Shown here piece after piece: positions 35,448 to 44,637 of a stretch of 64,000 bases of DNA. Location: the NCBI GenBank assembly GCA_964495565.1, contig CAZBWQ010000010.1, forward strand, positions 3,037 to 67,036. Reading direction: 5' to 3'. This DNA is from an uncultured Sandaracinaceae bacterium. GTDB taxonomy: Bacteria > Myxococcota_A > Polyangia > Polyangiales > Houyiibacteriaceae. Under the pieces are notes generated by a model. It was given only the letters and a program-made list of their open reading frames with translations, was not told the origin of the DNA and searched no databases. Position numbers and translations under genes: made by a program. The stretch's first letter is position 1; each line of letters begins with the position of its first letter.

Positions 35448-36482
35448 GCGAGGCGAAGCGAGCTGCTTCGGATCGAGGCTGAGGTACCAGTCGTTCTCGA
35501 CGTACCACTGGTGGGTGCGGCGCACGCCCTCCGTCAGGCTGACCTCGGCTTCGAACCCGAAGTCTCGCCGAGCTGCATCTGCCGAACAAGTCCACGCGAG
35601 TTGAGCCGCCATGCGTGCCTTCTGCATGTTGAGCAGGCGTGGTTGCCCATCGATGTGCGTCACGATCTCGCCGCCGATGGCAGCCAAGGTCATCAGGTGC
35701 CGCGGCAAGTCGACCGTGCGGACTTGCTTGCCGACGGCTCGGACGATCTCCGACTGGAGCTCCTCCCAGGTCACCTTCTCGTCTCCCGTCAGAAAGTAGC
35801 CCTTCCGAATGGTCTCCTCGTGTTTCGCGGCTTCGACGATGCCCCGGACGCAGTCATCGACGTAAACCATCGACATGACGTGATCGCGATTGCCGAAGTG
35901 CAAATTCCAGCCGAGCACGGCGCCCTGGAACAAGTTGAAATAGTCGACGTCACCGGGCCCATAGACTCCGGGAGGTCGCACGATGGTCCACCGGACACCA
36001 GCCGCCTCCTCTTGGACAATCCGCTCGGCCTCGAGCTTGCTCTCGCCGTAGTACTCGATCGGTCGCGGCGGATCGTCTTCGCGGTGCGGAGCCAAGGTGG
36101 CCGAGGGGCCGTACGCCGCGAGGGAGGAGACCAGCACGAAGCGCCTGGTCATCGGATGCTCACGGCGCACGGCAGCGAGCAGGTTGCGGGCCGGCATGAC
36201 GTTCCCGCGTCTGAAGTCCTCGTACGATCGTCCTTTGGTGACGCCAGCCACGTGCAACACGTAGTCCGGCTTTTCGGCCGCGACGATGCGCTCGAGCTCC
36301 CCGATCTGACTGTAATCGACCTCGACGGAACGGGCGCCCTCGGGCGTCGGGGATCCTGACCGTCGAAGCGAAACCACGTCGCAACCCGACTCGAGGAGCA
36401 AGTCCCGCAGACGGCTTCCGATGAAGCCGCTCGCCCCGGTAATCAGCGTCTTGCCCTCCAGCGCGACCCTGCCCATCGCCAT
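35403..36482 (-). CDS. NAD-dependent epimerase/dehydratase family protein
   Basis: LITGASGFIGSRL Rossmann motif and YGESK (YxxxK). The 3' end overlaps the convergent ACAD by 45 nt. Confidence 0.8.
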   Translation of the reverse strand: MAMGRVALEGKTLITGASGFIGSRLRDLLLESGCDVVSLRRSGSPTPEGARSVEVDYSQIGELERIVAAEKPDYVLHVAGVTKGRSYEDFRRGNVMPARNLLAAVRREHPMTRRFVLVSSLAAYGPSATLAPHREDDPPRPIEYYGESKLEAERIVQEEAAGVRWTIVRPPGVYGPGDVDYFNLFQGAVLGWNLHFGNRDHVMSMVYVDDCVRGIVEAAKHEETIRKGYFLTGDEKVTWEELQSEIVRAVGKQVRTVDLPRHLMTLAAIGGEIVTHIDGQPRLLNMQKARMAAQLAWTCSADAARRDFGFEAEVSLTEGVRRTHQWYVENDWYLSLDPKQLASPRSLRRLIRRFRDRRR

Positions 36483-36554
36483 CGTGGTGCACCGGACGGC
36501 GCCCCGGCGCAAGCACAGATTGACGCCGGCCACCCTCTAGGAAACGCTTCCGAC

Positions 36555-37949
36555 ATGGCCGACAAGTTTCACACCATCTCTCCCGTCGACGGAAGCGTCG
36601 TCTTCGAAGGTGAGCTCGACGGCACGGAGGCCATCCATCGGACTCTCGATCAAGCCATCGCGGCACTCCCGGCGTGGAAGGCCGTGCCGTTGGACGAGCG
36701 ATGCGCCTCGGTGCGCGATTTCGTCGAGCTTGCGGTTCGGGACGGCGAGGCCGTGGCGCACGAGCTGACCATGCAGATGGGACGGCCCATCCGCGACGGT
36801 GCAGGCGAGGTAGGAGGTTGGCTCCTCCGAGGAAAGACGATGATTGACCTCGCGCCCGAAGCACTCGCCGAGATTCGGCTCGAGCCACGCGAGGGTTTCA
36901 CTCGTTTCATCCGGAGAGAGCCGCTGGGCGTCTTGTTTCTCGTCGCGCCGTGGAACTACCCCTGGCTCACGGCCGTGAACTCCCTCGTTCCTGCCTTGGT
37001 CGCTGGAAACCCCGTGGTGCTCAAGCACTCCGAGCAAACTCCGCTCGTTGCCGAACGCATCGGCAAAGCCGCCGTCGAGGCTGGTCTTCCCGAAGGGGTG
37101 CTGCAGGTATTGCATCTCGACCACGAACGAGTTGCGCAGGTCATCCGGGATCCACGCGTGGCGTTCGTCGCATTCACGGGGTCGGTCGAAGGCGGCCACG
37201 CCATTCAACGTGCCGCCTCCCAACGGTTCATCGGTGCGACCTTGGAGCTCGGCGGCAAGGACCCCGCCTACGTTCGTCCGGATGCCGACTTGGAGCGGAC
37301 TGCCGTCAATCTCGCCGATGGCGCGTTCTACAACGCTGGACAGTCCTGTTGCGGGATCGAGCGCGTTTACGTGCACGAAGACGTCTACGAGCCTTTCGTC
37401 GAGGCCTTCGTTGCCGAGACGAACAAGCTCGTCCTAGGCGATCCCCGCGAGCGCTCGACCACGTTGGGACCGGTCGTGCGGCTGCGTAACGCCCGCGCGA
37501 TCCAAGCCCAGATCGATGCGGCGATTGCGGCCGGAGCCCGACCGCTGATCGATCCGGCGACCTTCGAAGGAAGTCAGCGGGGCTTTCCCTACATGGCGCC
37601 GCAGGTGCTCGTCGACGTCGACCACTCCATGGAAGTCATGACCGAAGAGACGTTCGGGCCCGTGGTGGGCATCATGCGCGTGCGAGACGACGACGAAGCC
37701 GTGACACGCATGAACGACAGCCGCTACGGTCTCACGGCGTCGGTTTGGACGCGCGACCTCGGGCGCGCACGCGAGTTGGGTGCCCGAGTGGACACCGGCA
37801 CGTGGTTCATGAACCGCTGTGACTATCTCGATCCGGAGCTCGCCTGGGTGGGCGTCAAAGACTCGGGGCGCGGATGCAGCTTGTCCCGGCTCGGCTACGC
37901 CCAGCTCACCAGACCGAAGTCGTTCCATCTCAGGGAAACCCCCGGGTAG
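36555..37949 (+). CDS. aldehyde dehydrogenase family protein
   Basis: LELGGKDPAYV (Glu motif) and NAGQSCCGIERVYV (catalytic Cys). Confidence 0.9.
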   Translation: MADKFHTISPVDGSVVFEGELDGTEAIHRTLDQAIAALPAWKAVPLDERCASVRDFVELAVRDGEAVAHELTMQMGRPIRDGAGEVGGWLLRGKTMIDLAPEALAEIRLEPREGFTRFIRREPLGVLFLVAPWNYPWLTAVNSLVPALVAGNPVVLKHSEQTPLVAERIGKAAVEAGLPEGVLQVLHLDHERVAQVIRDPRVAFVAFTGSVEGGHAIQRAASQRFIGATLELGGKDPAYVRPDADLERTAVNLADGAFYNAGQSCCGIERVYVHEDVYEPFVEAFVAETNKLVLGDPRERSTTLGPVVRLRNARAIQAQIDAAIAAGARPLIDPATFEGSQRGFPYMAPQVLVDVDHSMEVMTEETFGPVVGIMRVRDDDEAVTRMNDSRYGLTASVWTRDLGRARELGARVDTGTWFMNRCDYLDPELAWVGVKDSGRGCSLSRLGYAQLTRPKSFHLRETPG

Positions 37950-37984
37950 CCTGGTCATCGAGTTGCAGACCACTATAGTCCGGC

Positions 37985-38731
37985 GTGATGAAGCCCCCGG
38001 TTCTGCGCTGCCGGCACGTGGTGAAACGCTACGGAAAGTTCACGGCGCTCGAAGACCTGTCGCTCGAAGTCTACGAAGGTGAGATCTTCGCGCTTCTCGG
38101 GCCCAACGGCGCCGGCAAATCGACGCTGATTCACTGCATCACGGGTCTCGCGAAGCAAACGTCGGGGCACATCGAAGTCCTCGGGTTCGACACCATCGAA
38201 GACTTTCGCACGACCCGCCGACTCGTCGGCTTGGTGCCCCAAGAGATCAACTACGATCCGTTCTTCACGCCCCTCGAGAGCCTGATGATCCAGATGGGCC
38301 TGATGGGCGTCAGACCCAACCGTCAGCGGGCGGAATCGCTCTTGAAGACCTTCGCCCTGGACGAAAAGCGCGATGCGTATACCAGGACCCTCTCGGGCGG
38401 GATGAAGCGGCGACTCCTGGTGGCCAAGGCGCTGGTTCACCAGCCGCGACTCTTGTTCTTGGATGAGCCGACCGCGGGCGTCGACGTCGAGCTTCGACGC
38501 GAGCTCTGGGCCGAAGTCCAGGAGCTTCGTGCGGCGGGCACCACGATCGTCTTGACGACGCACTACATCGAAGAGGCCGAAAGACTCGCCGATCGCATCG
38601 GGATCTTGAACAGGGGCGAGCTCCTCTTGGTCGAGAGCCGTGAAAGCCTCTTGAAGCGACACGGCGACCGCTCCCTGGAGGACATCTACCTCGAGCTGAC
38701 CCGCAAAGCCGACGGAAGGCCTGCCGCGTGA
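37985..38731 (+). CDS. ABC transporter ATP-binding protein
   Basis: Walker A GPNGAGKST, signature LSGGMKRRL, Walker B LLFLDEPT. Confidence 0.9.
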   Translation: MMKPPVLRCRHVVKRYGKFTALEDLSLEVYEGEIFALLGPNGAGKSTLIHCITGLAKQTSGHIEVLGFDTIEDFRTTRRLVGLVPQEINYDPFFTPLESLMIQMGLMGVRPNRQRAESLLKTFALDEKRDAYTRTLSGGMKRRLLVAKALVHQPRLLFLDEPTAGVDVELRRELWAEVQELRAAGTTIVLTTHYIEEAERLADRIGILNRGELLLVESRESLLKRHGDRSLEDIYLELTRKADGRPAA

Positions 38732-39489
38732 GCCCGATTGCGCTCAAGACGCTCTTCCTCAAGGAGATTCGGCGCTTCAGCAAGGTCTGGCTGCAGACGG
38801 TGCTCAGCCCGCTCGTCACCACGAGCCTCTATTTCTTGGTGTTCGGCGTGGCACTTGGCTCGCGCCTGCGCGAAATCTCCGGAGTCCCCTACATTCAGTT
38901 CGTCGTGCCCGGTCTCGTGATGATGACCATGGTTCGCGACTCGTTCTTGAACACGTCCTCGAGCCTGTTCCAATCGAAAATCAACGGCACCATCACGGAC
39001 ATTCTGATCGCACCCATCGGAGCGTTCGAAATGCTCGTGGCCTATGTGGGCGCGGCGATGCTCCGCGCGGTGATCGTGGGTGCGCTGGTGTATCTCGTCG
39101 CGCTCTGGTTCACTTGGTTCCCCATGCATCACGCGGGCTGGACCCTCTTTTTCACTCTCTTCGTCACCGCGACGCTCGCCATGTTGGGCCTGGTGGCCGC
39201 GCTCTGGGCAGAGAAGTTCGACCACCTGGCGATTTTTCCGAACTTCGTTCTCTTGCCGCTCGCGTTCCTCGGGGGGGTGTTCTATTCGATCGAGCTCCTT
39301 CCCGAGCCATGGCAGACCATCAGTCGGCTCAACCCCCTTCTCTACATGGTGAATGGGCTTCGCTTCGGCTTTCTCGGCGTCTCCGACGTATCGCCAGTCA
39401 CGTGCGCCGCGGTGGTGCTCGTTTCTTTCCTCGCTTTGTCGACGATGACGAGCGCGCTTCTTCGCAACGGTTACAATCTCCGCAGCTGA
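38728..39489 (+). CDS. ABC-2 type transporter permease
   Basis: GTGA overlap with the ATPase gene. Six hydrophobic segments, ABC-2 topology. Confidence 0.85.
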   Translation: MSPIALKTLFLKEIRRFSKVWLQTVLSPLVTTSLYFLVFGVALGSRLREISGVPYIQFVVPGLVMMTMVRDSFLNTSSSLFQSKINGTITDILIAPIGAFEMLVAYVGAAMLRAVIVGALVYLVALWFTWFPMHHAGWTLFFTLFVTATLAMLGLVAALWAEKFDHLAIFPNFVLLPLAFLGGVFYSIELLPEPWQTISRLNPLLYMVNGLRFGFLGVSDVSPVTCAAVVLVSFLALSTMTSALLRNGYNLRS

Positions 39490-39543
39490 AGCGCGATTGC
39501 TCGGGTTTGGGAATCGTTGTACGAGCGGGAGACGCATCCAGCG

Positions 39544-41148
39544 ATGAGCAGCAACACCTACTTCGCGAATCCCGAAACGCGGGCGTTCTTGCAGCGACGC
39601 GTCGCCGCGTTTGGTCTGATCGGTGCGATCCTCGCGGGCACGGCGCTCGTGTTCCGTCTGATCATGGGTGTTCTGTTCGGGTTCCTCGGCGATCAACTGG
39701 CGGACCCGGGCTTTCAGATTCACGCGGCCGCCGTGCTTCCTCTGCTTGCCGTCTGGCTGATTTGCCGGCGCGGAAGCCTCTCCGTCGGGGCAATCCACGC
39801 CGTGGAGAACACCGGAATCTTCCTGGCCAGCCTCGGCTACATCGGGATGGGATTGGGGATCCGGCCCGAGGTCGGGGCATCCACCATCACCGCGTTCATT
39901 CTGGCCCTGATGATGTTCGCGAGAAGCGTCTATGTGCCCAGCACCGCGAGACGCACGGCCATCCTCGGCGTGTTCATTGGAGTCCCTCTCGTAGCCGCGA
40001 TGTATTGGCACTATCTGGGAGTCGATCTCGGACTTTGGCGAATGTTCGGATACGACGGCCCTTCCGTGCGACGCGTGGCCACTTCCCAGGCGATCATCAC
40101 CACGATGTGGTGGACGCTCACGGTGGGTTTGTCCGCCCTCGCCTCCCGCGTGATCCACAAGCTTCGCAAGGAAGTGAGCGACATCCAGAGCCTCGGCCAA
40201 TACAACTTGGAGAGAAAGCTCGGGGAAGGCGCGATGGGCGTCGTCTACGAAGCCAAGCACGGGATGTTGAAGCGACCGACGGCGATCAAGTTGCTGCGAC
40301 CCGAGCTGTCGGATCGGGAGGCCTTGGAACGATTCCGCAGGGAAGTGCAGCTGACGGCCAAGCTCACGCACCCCAACACGGTCACGATCTACGACTACGG
40401 ACGCACCCCGGACGGTCTTTTCTATTACGCGATGGAGCTGCTCGACGGGGCCACCTTGACCCAGGTCGTCGACGCGAGCGGCCCTCAACCGGTCGAGCGC
40501 GTGGTCCGGATCCTCCGAGACGCGGCGCTCGCGCTCAACGAAGCACACGAGACCGGGCTCATCCACAGAGACATCAAACCCAGCAACATCATGTTGGCGC
40601 GTCAGGGCGGCGTCCGGGACGTGACGAAAGTCCTCGACTTCGGGCTCGTGAAGAATCTCGGAAAGGTCGATGACCTCGAAAAGACGAACACGCTCTCGAT
40701 CAAGGGCACGCCGCACTACCTGAGCCCAGAGGCCATCGAAGACCCCCAAGGCATCGACCCGCGCAGCGACCTCTACTCCCTCGGCGCGGTCGCTTACTAT
40801 CTTCTCGCGGGTCGTCACTTGTTCGATGGCAAGACCATCATCGAGGTATGCATGCACCACCTCCACACGGCCCCCATCCCCTTGACCGAGGTCTGTAGCG
40901 AAGCGCTTCCTGCCGGACTGGAGGAGTTGCTTTTGGCGTGCCTCGAGAAGTCGCAGTCGAACCGTCCGTCCTCCGGACAGGAGCTGGCCGATGCGCTCGA
41001 CGGCCTCGAAGTCGGGCGGTGGACGCGTGCCGACGCCGAAGCATGGTGGGACGTGTTTGGCCCCGAAATCGAGCGCGCCAAAGGACCGCTGCCTCCCCAC
41101 GTCACCGATCAAACCGTCGCCATCGATCTCGATCGACGGGTCGACTAG
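39544..41148 (+). CDS. Ser/Thr protein kinase with N-terminal polytopic membrane domain
   Basis: About 5-6 TM helices, then Hanks kinase motifs: LGEGAMGVVYEAKH, TAIKLL, HRDIKPSNIML, DFGL, GTPHYLSPE. ATG 39544 preferred over TTG 39517. Confidence 0.9.
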   Translation: MSSNTYFANPETRAFLQRRVAAFGLIGAILAGTALVFRLIMGVLFGFLGDQLADPGFQIHAAAVLPLLAVWLICRRGSLSVGAIHAVENTGIFLASLGYIGMGLGIRPEVGASTITAFILALMMFARSVYVPSTARRTAILGVFIGVPLVAAMYWHYLGVDLGLWRMFGYDGPSVRRVATSQAIITTMWWTLTVGLSALASRVIHKLRKEVSDIQSLGQYNLERKLGEGAMGVVYEAKHGMLKRPTAIKLLRPELSDREALERFRREVQLTAKLTHPNTVTIYDYGRTPDGLFYYAMELLDGATLTQVVDASGPQPVERVVRILRDAALALNEAHETGLIHRDIKPSNIMLARQGGVRDVTKVLDFGLVKNLGKVDDLEKTNTLSIKGTPHYLSPEAIEDPQGIDPRSDLYSLGAVAYYLLAGRHLFDGKTIIEVCMHHLHTAPIPLTEVCSEALPAGLEELLLACLEKSQSNRPSSGQELADALDGLEVGRWTRADAEAWWDVFGPEIERAKGPLPPHVTDQTVAIDLDRRVD

Positions 41149-41546
41149 ATGGACCGGTGATCGAGACGCAACGGATGGTCGGCGGGAACCTCGACGAAGA
41201 TGAGCACCAAACCATCCGGATCGGATGCCCGCAGCTCGAGTAGACCCCAAGGCTTGCGGACAGCGCTCTCCAAAATCCGAACGCCGGCCGTACGCAAATC
41301 ACTCTCGGTCTGCTCGACGTCACGGACTTGAAGCCATAGCTCGGTCGATGGGGAAGGAGGCTCGACGGGCCCCGCAGTGAGCTCCAGATAGCCACCGCCC
41401 AAAAAGAACACGACGCCCCGAGAGTCGCCCCGGCCGAACTCCCGCATGGGGTGTAGGCCTAGAACGTCGCGATAGAACCGCACGCTTCGGTCGAAGTCGC
41501 GGGGATGCAGCATGAAGCGGCTGGAAAGGATCTCCATCGGCACCAT
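41145..41546 (-). CDS. VOC/glyoxalase-family protein
   Basis: FMLHPRDFDRSVRFYRDVLGL...GGGYLEL beta-alpha-beta-beta-beta module pattern. Start at 41546 or 41537. Confidence 0.7.
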   Translation of the reverse strand: MVPMEILSSRFMLHPRDFDRSVRFYRDVLGLHPMREFGRGDSRGVVFFLGGGYLELTAGPVEPPSPSTELWLQVRDVEQTESDLRTAGVRILESAVRKPWGLLELRASDPDGLVLIFVEVPADHPLRLDHRSI

Positions 41547-43938
41547 GGTAGCCTACATTGTTCCTCGGCTCGGGCGGGGTATAGTGGACGGGCTCGCTTT
41601 GCTTGGTCGAAACCGCGCCCGAAACACCGCATGGGTCCTCGTCGTCGCGACGCTGGCTGGCTGTGGCTCCGCCTCGGACACCGGTCCCGGGATGGCCGAA
41701 GGGATCTTCGCCGAGCTCGGCGCCCCGTTGCCGTCGGCGACTCCGGAGGAACGGGCCGCATTCGAGCGGGGCCGTGAGGCCGCCTTGCGCCGCTTCACCC
41801 CCTCGGAGGGTCTGGGGCCCGCCTTCAACGTCACCTTCTGCGCGGGTTGTCACGAAAAGCCCGTCACCGGGGGAAGCGCCAGCCACTACCGCGACTTCTT
41901 GCTCGTCGGCGATGCGCTCACGCCGAGCACGGTGATCCCGCGCGGCCAAAACGGTGTGCAGCAGCAGTTTTCCCTGGGGCTCGGACGGGCCCCCTCCGAT
42001 CCCCTGGCGAACGTGAGCGCGACGCGCAATCCGATTCCGTTCTTCGGCGTGGGCCTACTCGCCGAGATTCCAGCGACCGAAATCTTGCGACGCGAAGATC
42101 CGGACGACGCCGACGGAGACGGCATCAGCGGAAGGGCGAACTACGACGGGAACCTCGTCGGCCGCTTCGGCCGCAAAGCCCAGACCGCGCGCATCGAGCT
42201 CTTCATCCGCGGCCCCCTGTTCAATCACATGGGCATCACCAGCGATCCCTTGAGCATGGAGCGGCGTGCGGAGCTGCCCGGTTCGACCGACACACCCGCC
42301 ACCCCGAACGAAGCGAGCACGCGCGTCGGTGATGGAATCGACGCGGTCGTCGCCGCGCAGGCCGTGATTCCCGACGAGCCGACGGTCGACCTCGACGACA
42401 TCCCGGACCCGGAGATGTCCGAGTCCGAGGTCTTCGACCTGGTGAGCTTCGCGTTGTTGCTCGCGGCCCCCTCCCCCGATGTGCCCACGGCGACTACGGA
42501 ACGTGGGTCGCGCACGTTCGCTCGAATCGGTTGCGACGAATGCCACGTCCGTTCGTTGCAGGGTCCGCGCGGTGCGATTCCGGCCTACACCGATTTGCTG
42601 CTTCACGACATGGGTGACGCCCTCGCGGACGGGTTTCCGATGGGCCGCGCCACGGGCCGCGAGTTTCGCACCCAGCCGCTGTGGGGGATTGGTGCGGTGA
42701 GCCCGTACCTGCACGACGGTCGTGCTTCGACGTTGGACGAAGCGATCCGTTGGCACGGAGGAGAAGCCGCCGTGATGCGCGAAGCCTACGTTGCCTTGGC
42801 TCCCAGCGAGCGCCGGGATCTGCTCGCCTTCCTCGAATCGCTCGGAGGGGCATCGCAAAGGACCGACGGTTTGCTCCCTCCGGACGCCCCACCACCCCTT
42901 GCCGAGGAGCCGGGTGGACCGCTCGAGGGCCTCACTCCCGCGGAGCTCGCCTCGTTCGAGCGGGGAAGACGCTCGTTCGATCGCGATTTTTCGTACCTGG
43001 CGGGGGTCGGGCCCGCCTTCAACGGAGATGCCTGCCGCTCCTGCCACTTCGATCCGGTGCTCGGCGGGGCAGGCCCTTCGGGCGTCGACGTGATTCGGCA
43101 GGGCATCGTGTCGGGGACGTCGTTCGAGGAGCCGAGCGCAGGCACCACGCTCCCGCGACATACCACCTCCGCGGTGCGGCCCGAGCCGGATCCGGCCGCC
43201 AATTTCTTCGAGCCGCGCCAGACGCCTTCGACGCTGGGTCTCGGTCTGCTCGAACGCATACCCCGGGCGACCATCGAAGCGCTTGCCGATCCCGACGACC
43301 GGGACGGCGATGGCATTGCCGGGCGTGCACACGTGCTGCCAGATGGCCGCCTCGGTCGATTCGGTTGGAAGGCGTCCATTCCGACCCTTCGCGAGTTCGT
43401 GCGTGACGCGTTGAGCTCGGAGCTCGGCCTGACGGTTCCCTTCGACGCGAGCTCCTCGTTCGGGCTCGTGGACGACGCCGACCAGGCCGGTGACCCGGAG
43501 GTCGATGCCTCGGTCGTCGATGACCTCGTTGCATTTCTGGAGCTCTTGGCACCGCCACCGCGGGGCTCGATCGACCCCACGGCCGAGCGTGCTGGGGCCG
43601 CGGTCTTCGAGGAGGTCGGTTGCGCAAGCTGCCACGTCCCCTCGTTGAAGACCGCCGATGACGTCGAGGTGCGCGCGTTTACCGACCTGCTCCTCCACGA
43701 CGTCGCACGAGACGACAGCCCGGGCATCGCGGACGGCGCCGCCGGCATGCACGACTTCCGCACGCCTCCGTTGTGGGGTATCGCCCACACCGCTCCTTAT
43801 TTTCACGACGGGCGTGCGGCGACGCTGGAAGATGCGATTGCTGCGCATGCCGGAGAGGCCGCGTCTGCGCGCGACCGAGCGGCTGCTCTCGATCCCGATG
43901 AATGGGCTCTGCTCCTCGTTTTCCTGAGGTCGCTGTGA
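41512..43938 (+). CDS. tandem-duplicated di-haem oxidoreductase (DHOR/DUF1111) lipoprotein, four CxxCH sites
   Basis: CAGCH 41839-41853, CDECH 42532-42546, CRSCH 43033-43047, CASCH 43621-43635. The two ~390-aa halves align (GLGPAFN/GVGPAFN, DPDDADGDGISGR/DPDDRDGDGIAGR, YLHDGRA/YFHDGRA). Lipobox LAGCGS. Start uncertain (41512-41600). Confidence 0.8.
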   Translation: MKRLERISIGTMVAYIVPRLGRGIVDGLALLGRNRARNTAWVLVVATLAGCGSASDTGPGMAEGIFAELGAPLPSATPEERAAFERGREAALRRFTPSEGLGPAFNVTFCAGCHEKPVTGGSASHYRDFLLVGDALTPSTVIPRGQNGVQQQFSLGLGRAPSDPLANVSATRNPIPFFGVGLLAEIPATEILRREDPDDADGDGISGRANYDGNLVGRFGRKAQTARIELFIRGPLFNHMGITSDPLSMERRAELPGSTDTPATPNEASTRVGDGIDAVVAAQAVIPDEPTVDLDDIPDPEMSESEVFDLVSFALLLAAPSPDVPTATTERGSRTFARIGCDECHVRSLQGPRGAIPAYTDLLLHDMGDALADGFPMGRATGREFRTQPLWGIGAVSPYLHDGRASTLDEAIRWHGGEAAVMREAYVALAPSERRDLLAFLESLGGASQRTDGLLPPDAPPPLAEEPGGPLEGLTPAELASFERGRRSFDRDFSYLAGVGPAFNGDACRSCHFDPVLGGAGPSGVDVIRQGIVSGTSFEEPSAGTTLPRHTTSAVRPEPDPAANFFEPRQTPSTLGLGLLERIPRATIEALADPDDRDGDGIAGRAHVLPDGRLGRFGWKASIPTLREFVRDALSSELGLTVPFDASSSFGLVDDADQAGDPEVDASVVDDLVAFLELLAPPPRGSIDPTAERAGAAVFEEVGCASCHVPSLKTADDVEVRAFTDLLLHDVARDDSPGIADGAAGMHDFRTPPLWGIAHTAPYFHDGRAATLEDAIAAHAGEAASARDRAAALDPDEWALLLVFLRSL

Positions 43939-44351
43939 AGCGTGCGGTCGCGATCGCGGTGACGGTCTTCGCGCTGGGGTGCAGCGACGCCGAGCCCAGT
44001 CGAACGGGGCGGCTGCTGGACGCCGAGGGGGGCGTGGTCCTCGAGCTCGAGATCGCCGTCGCCGACACGGAGGAGGCCCGACGCGAAGGCCTGCGTCTTC
44101 ACGGCCCCTTGGGTGCGGACGAGGGCCTGCTTTTGGTATTTCCGGTCGAGGGTCTGGTCTGCATCACCAACGCGGGCGTGCCTTTCCCAATCGACGTCCT
44201 CTACGTGAACGCATCGGGGGTCGTCACCGCCGCCGAGCCCGGCCTGGCGCCCGATGAGCCCGGGCCCTTCTGCCACCGAGCGGCCATGGTGCTCGAGCTT
44301 CCGGGAGGCACCCTGAAGGCCGACAATTACTGGAAACTCGAGCTGTCGTAG
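43935..44351 (+). CDS. DUF192 domain lipoprotein
   Basis: GTGA overlap with the DHOR gene. Lipobox FALGCS. EARREGLRLHGPLGADEGLLLVFP...FPIDVLYVNASGVV is typical of DUF192. Confidence 0.75.
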   Translation: MKRAVAIAVTVFALGCSDAEPSRTGRLLDAEGGVVLELEIAVADTEEARREGLRLHGPLGADEGLLLVFPVEGLVCITNAGVPFPIDVLYVNASGVVTAAEPGLAPDEPGPFCHRAAMVLELPGGTLKADNYWKLELS

Positions 44352-44428
44352 CCCGCGATGGTCTCCTCCGGGCCCTCGGCGAGGCTCGACGGACCGTGCC
44401 GCGAAAACGAAGCAAGCCACACATGCCC

Positions 44429-44457
44429 TTGACCCAAGGCAGCCTTGGCAGCAGAAT
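44429..44457 (+). promoter_or_regulatory. candidate sigma70-type promoter of the ilv-leu operon
   Basis: TTGACC (44429-44434), a 17-nt spacer, then CAGAAT (44452-44457). Sits 10 nt upstream of the leader ATG. The -10 element is weak. Confidence 0.3.
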
Positions 44458-44466
44458 GGGCGCAAG

Positions 44467-44586
44467 ATGGTCCGGAACCCGACGGAGATGGCAGCCGACT
44501 GGGACGCTCGACGGGCGAGCGCGCTGGGCGGCGTAGTAGTCGTAGTCGGCCTCATTATTAGCCTCCTGCTAGTTACTCAGGCATAG
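44467..44586 (+). CDS. Val/Ile/Leu-rich leader peptide of the ilv-leu operon (39 aa; alternative ATG 44488 gives 32 aa)
   Basis: MVRNPTEMAADWDARRASALGGVVVVVGLIISLLLVTQA*. The run uses codons GTA GTA GTC GTA GTC ... ATT ATT ... CTA GTT, which are atypical for this GC-rich genome. Too short for the ORF track. Confidence 0.6.
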   Translation: MVRNPTEMAADWDARRASALGGVVVVVGLIISLLLVTQA

Positions 44587-44637
44587 GCGGGGACCAGGAC
44601 CACCCACAGACCAACCCACTCAGTTTCTGGCCCCCGC
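44587..44637 (+). promoter_or_regulatory. antiterminator helix candidate of the ilv attenuator
   Basis: gcggggaccag (44587-44597) pairs 10/11 with ctggcccccgc (44627-44637). It starts right after the leader stop codon and consumes the 5' arm of the terminator. Confidence 0.55.

Noticed and set aside
43803-44555. 250-aa minus-strand ORF covering the DUF192 gene and the ilv leader region.
   Set aside because: It is antisense to a well-supported DUF192 gene and to the leader/promoter. Its product is Arg/Ala-rich with no motifs.
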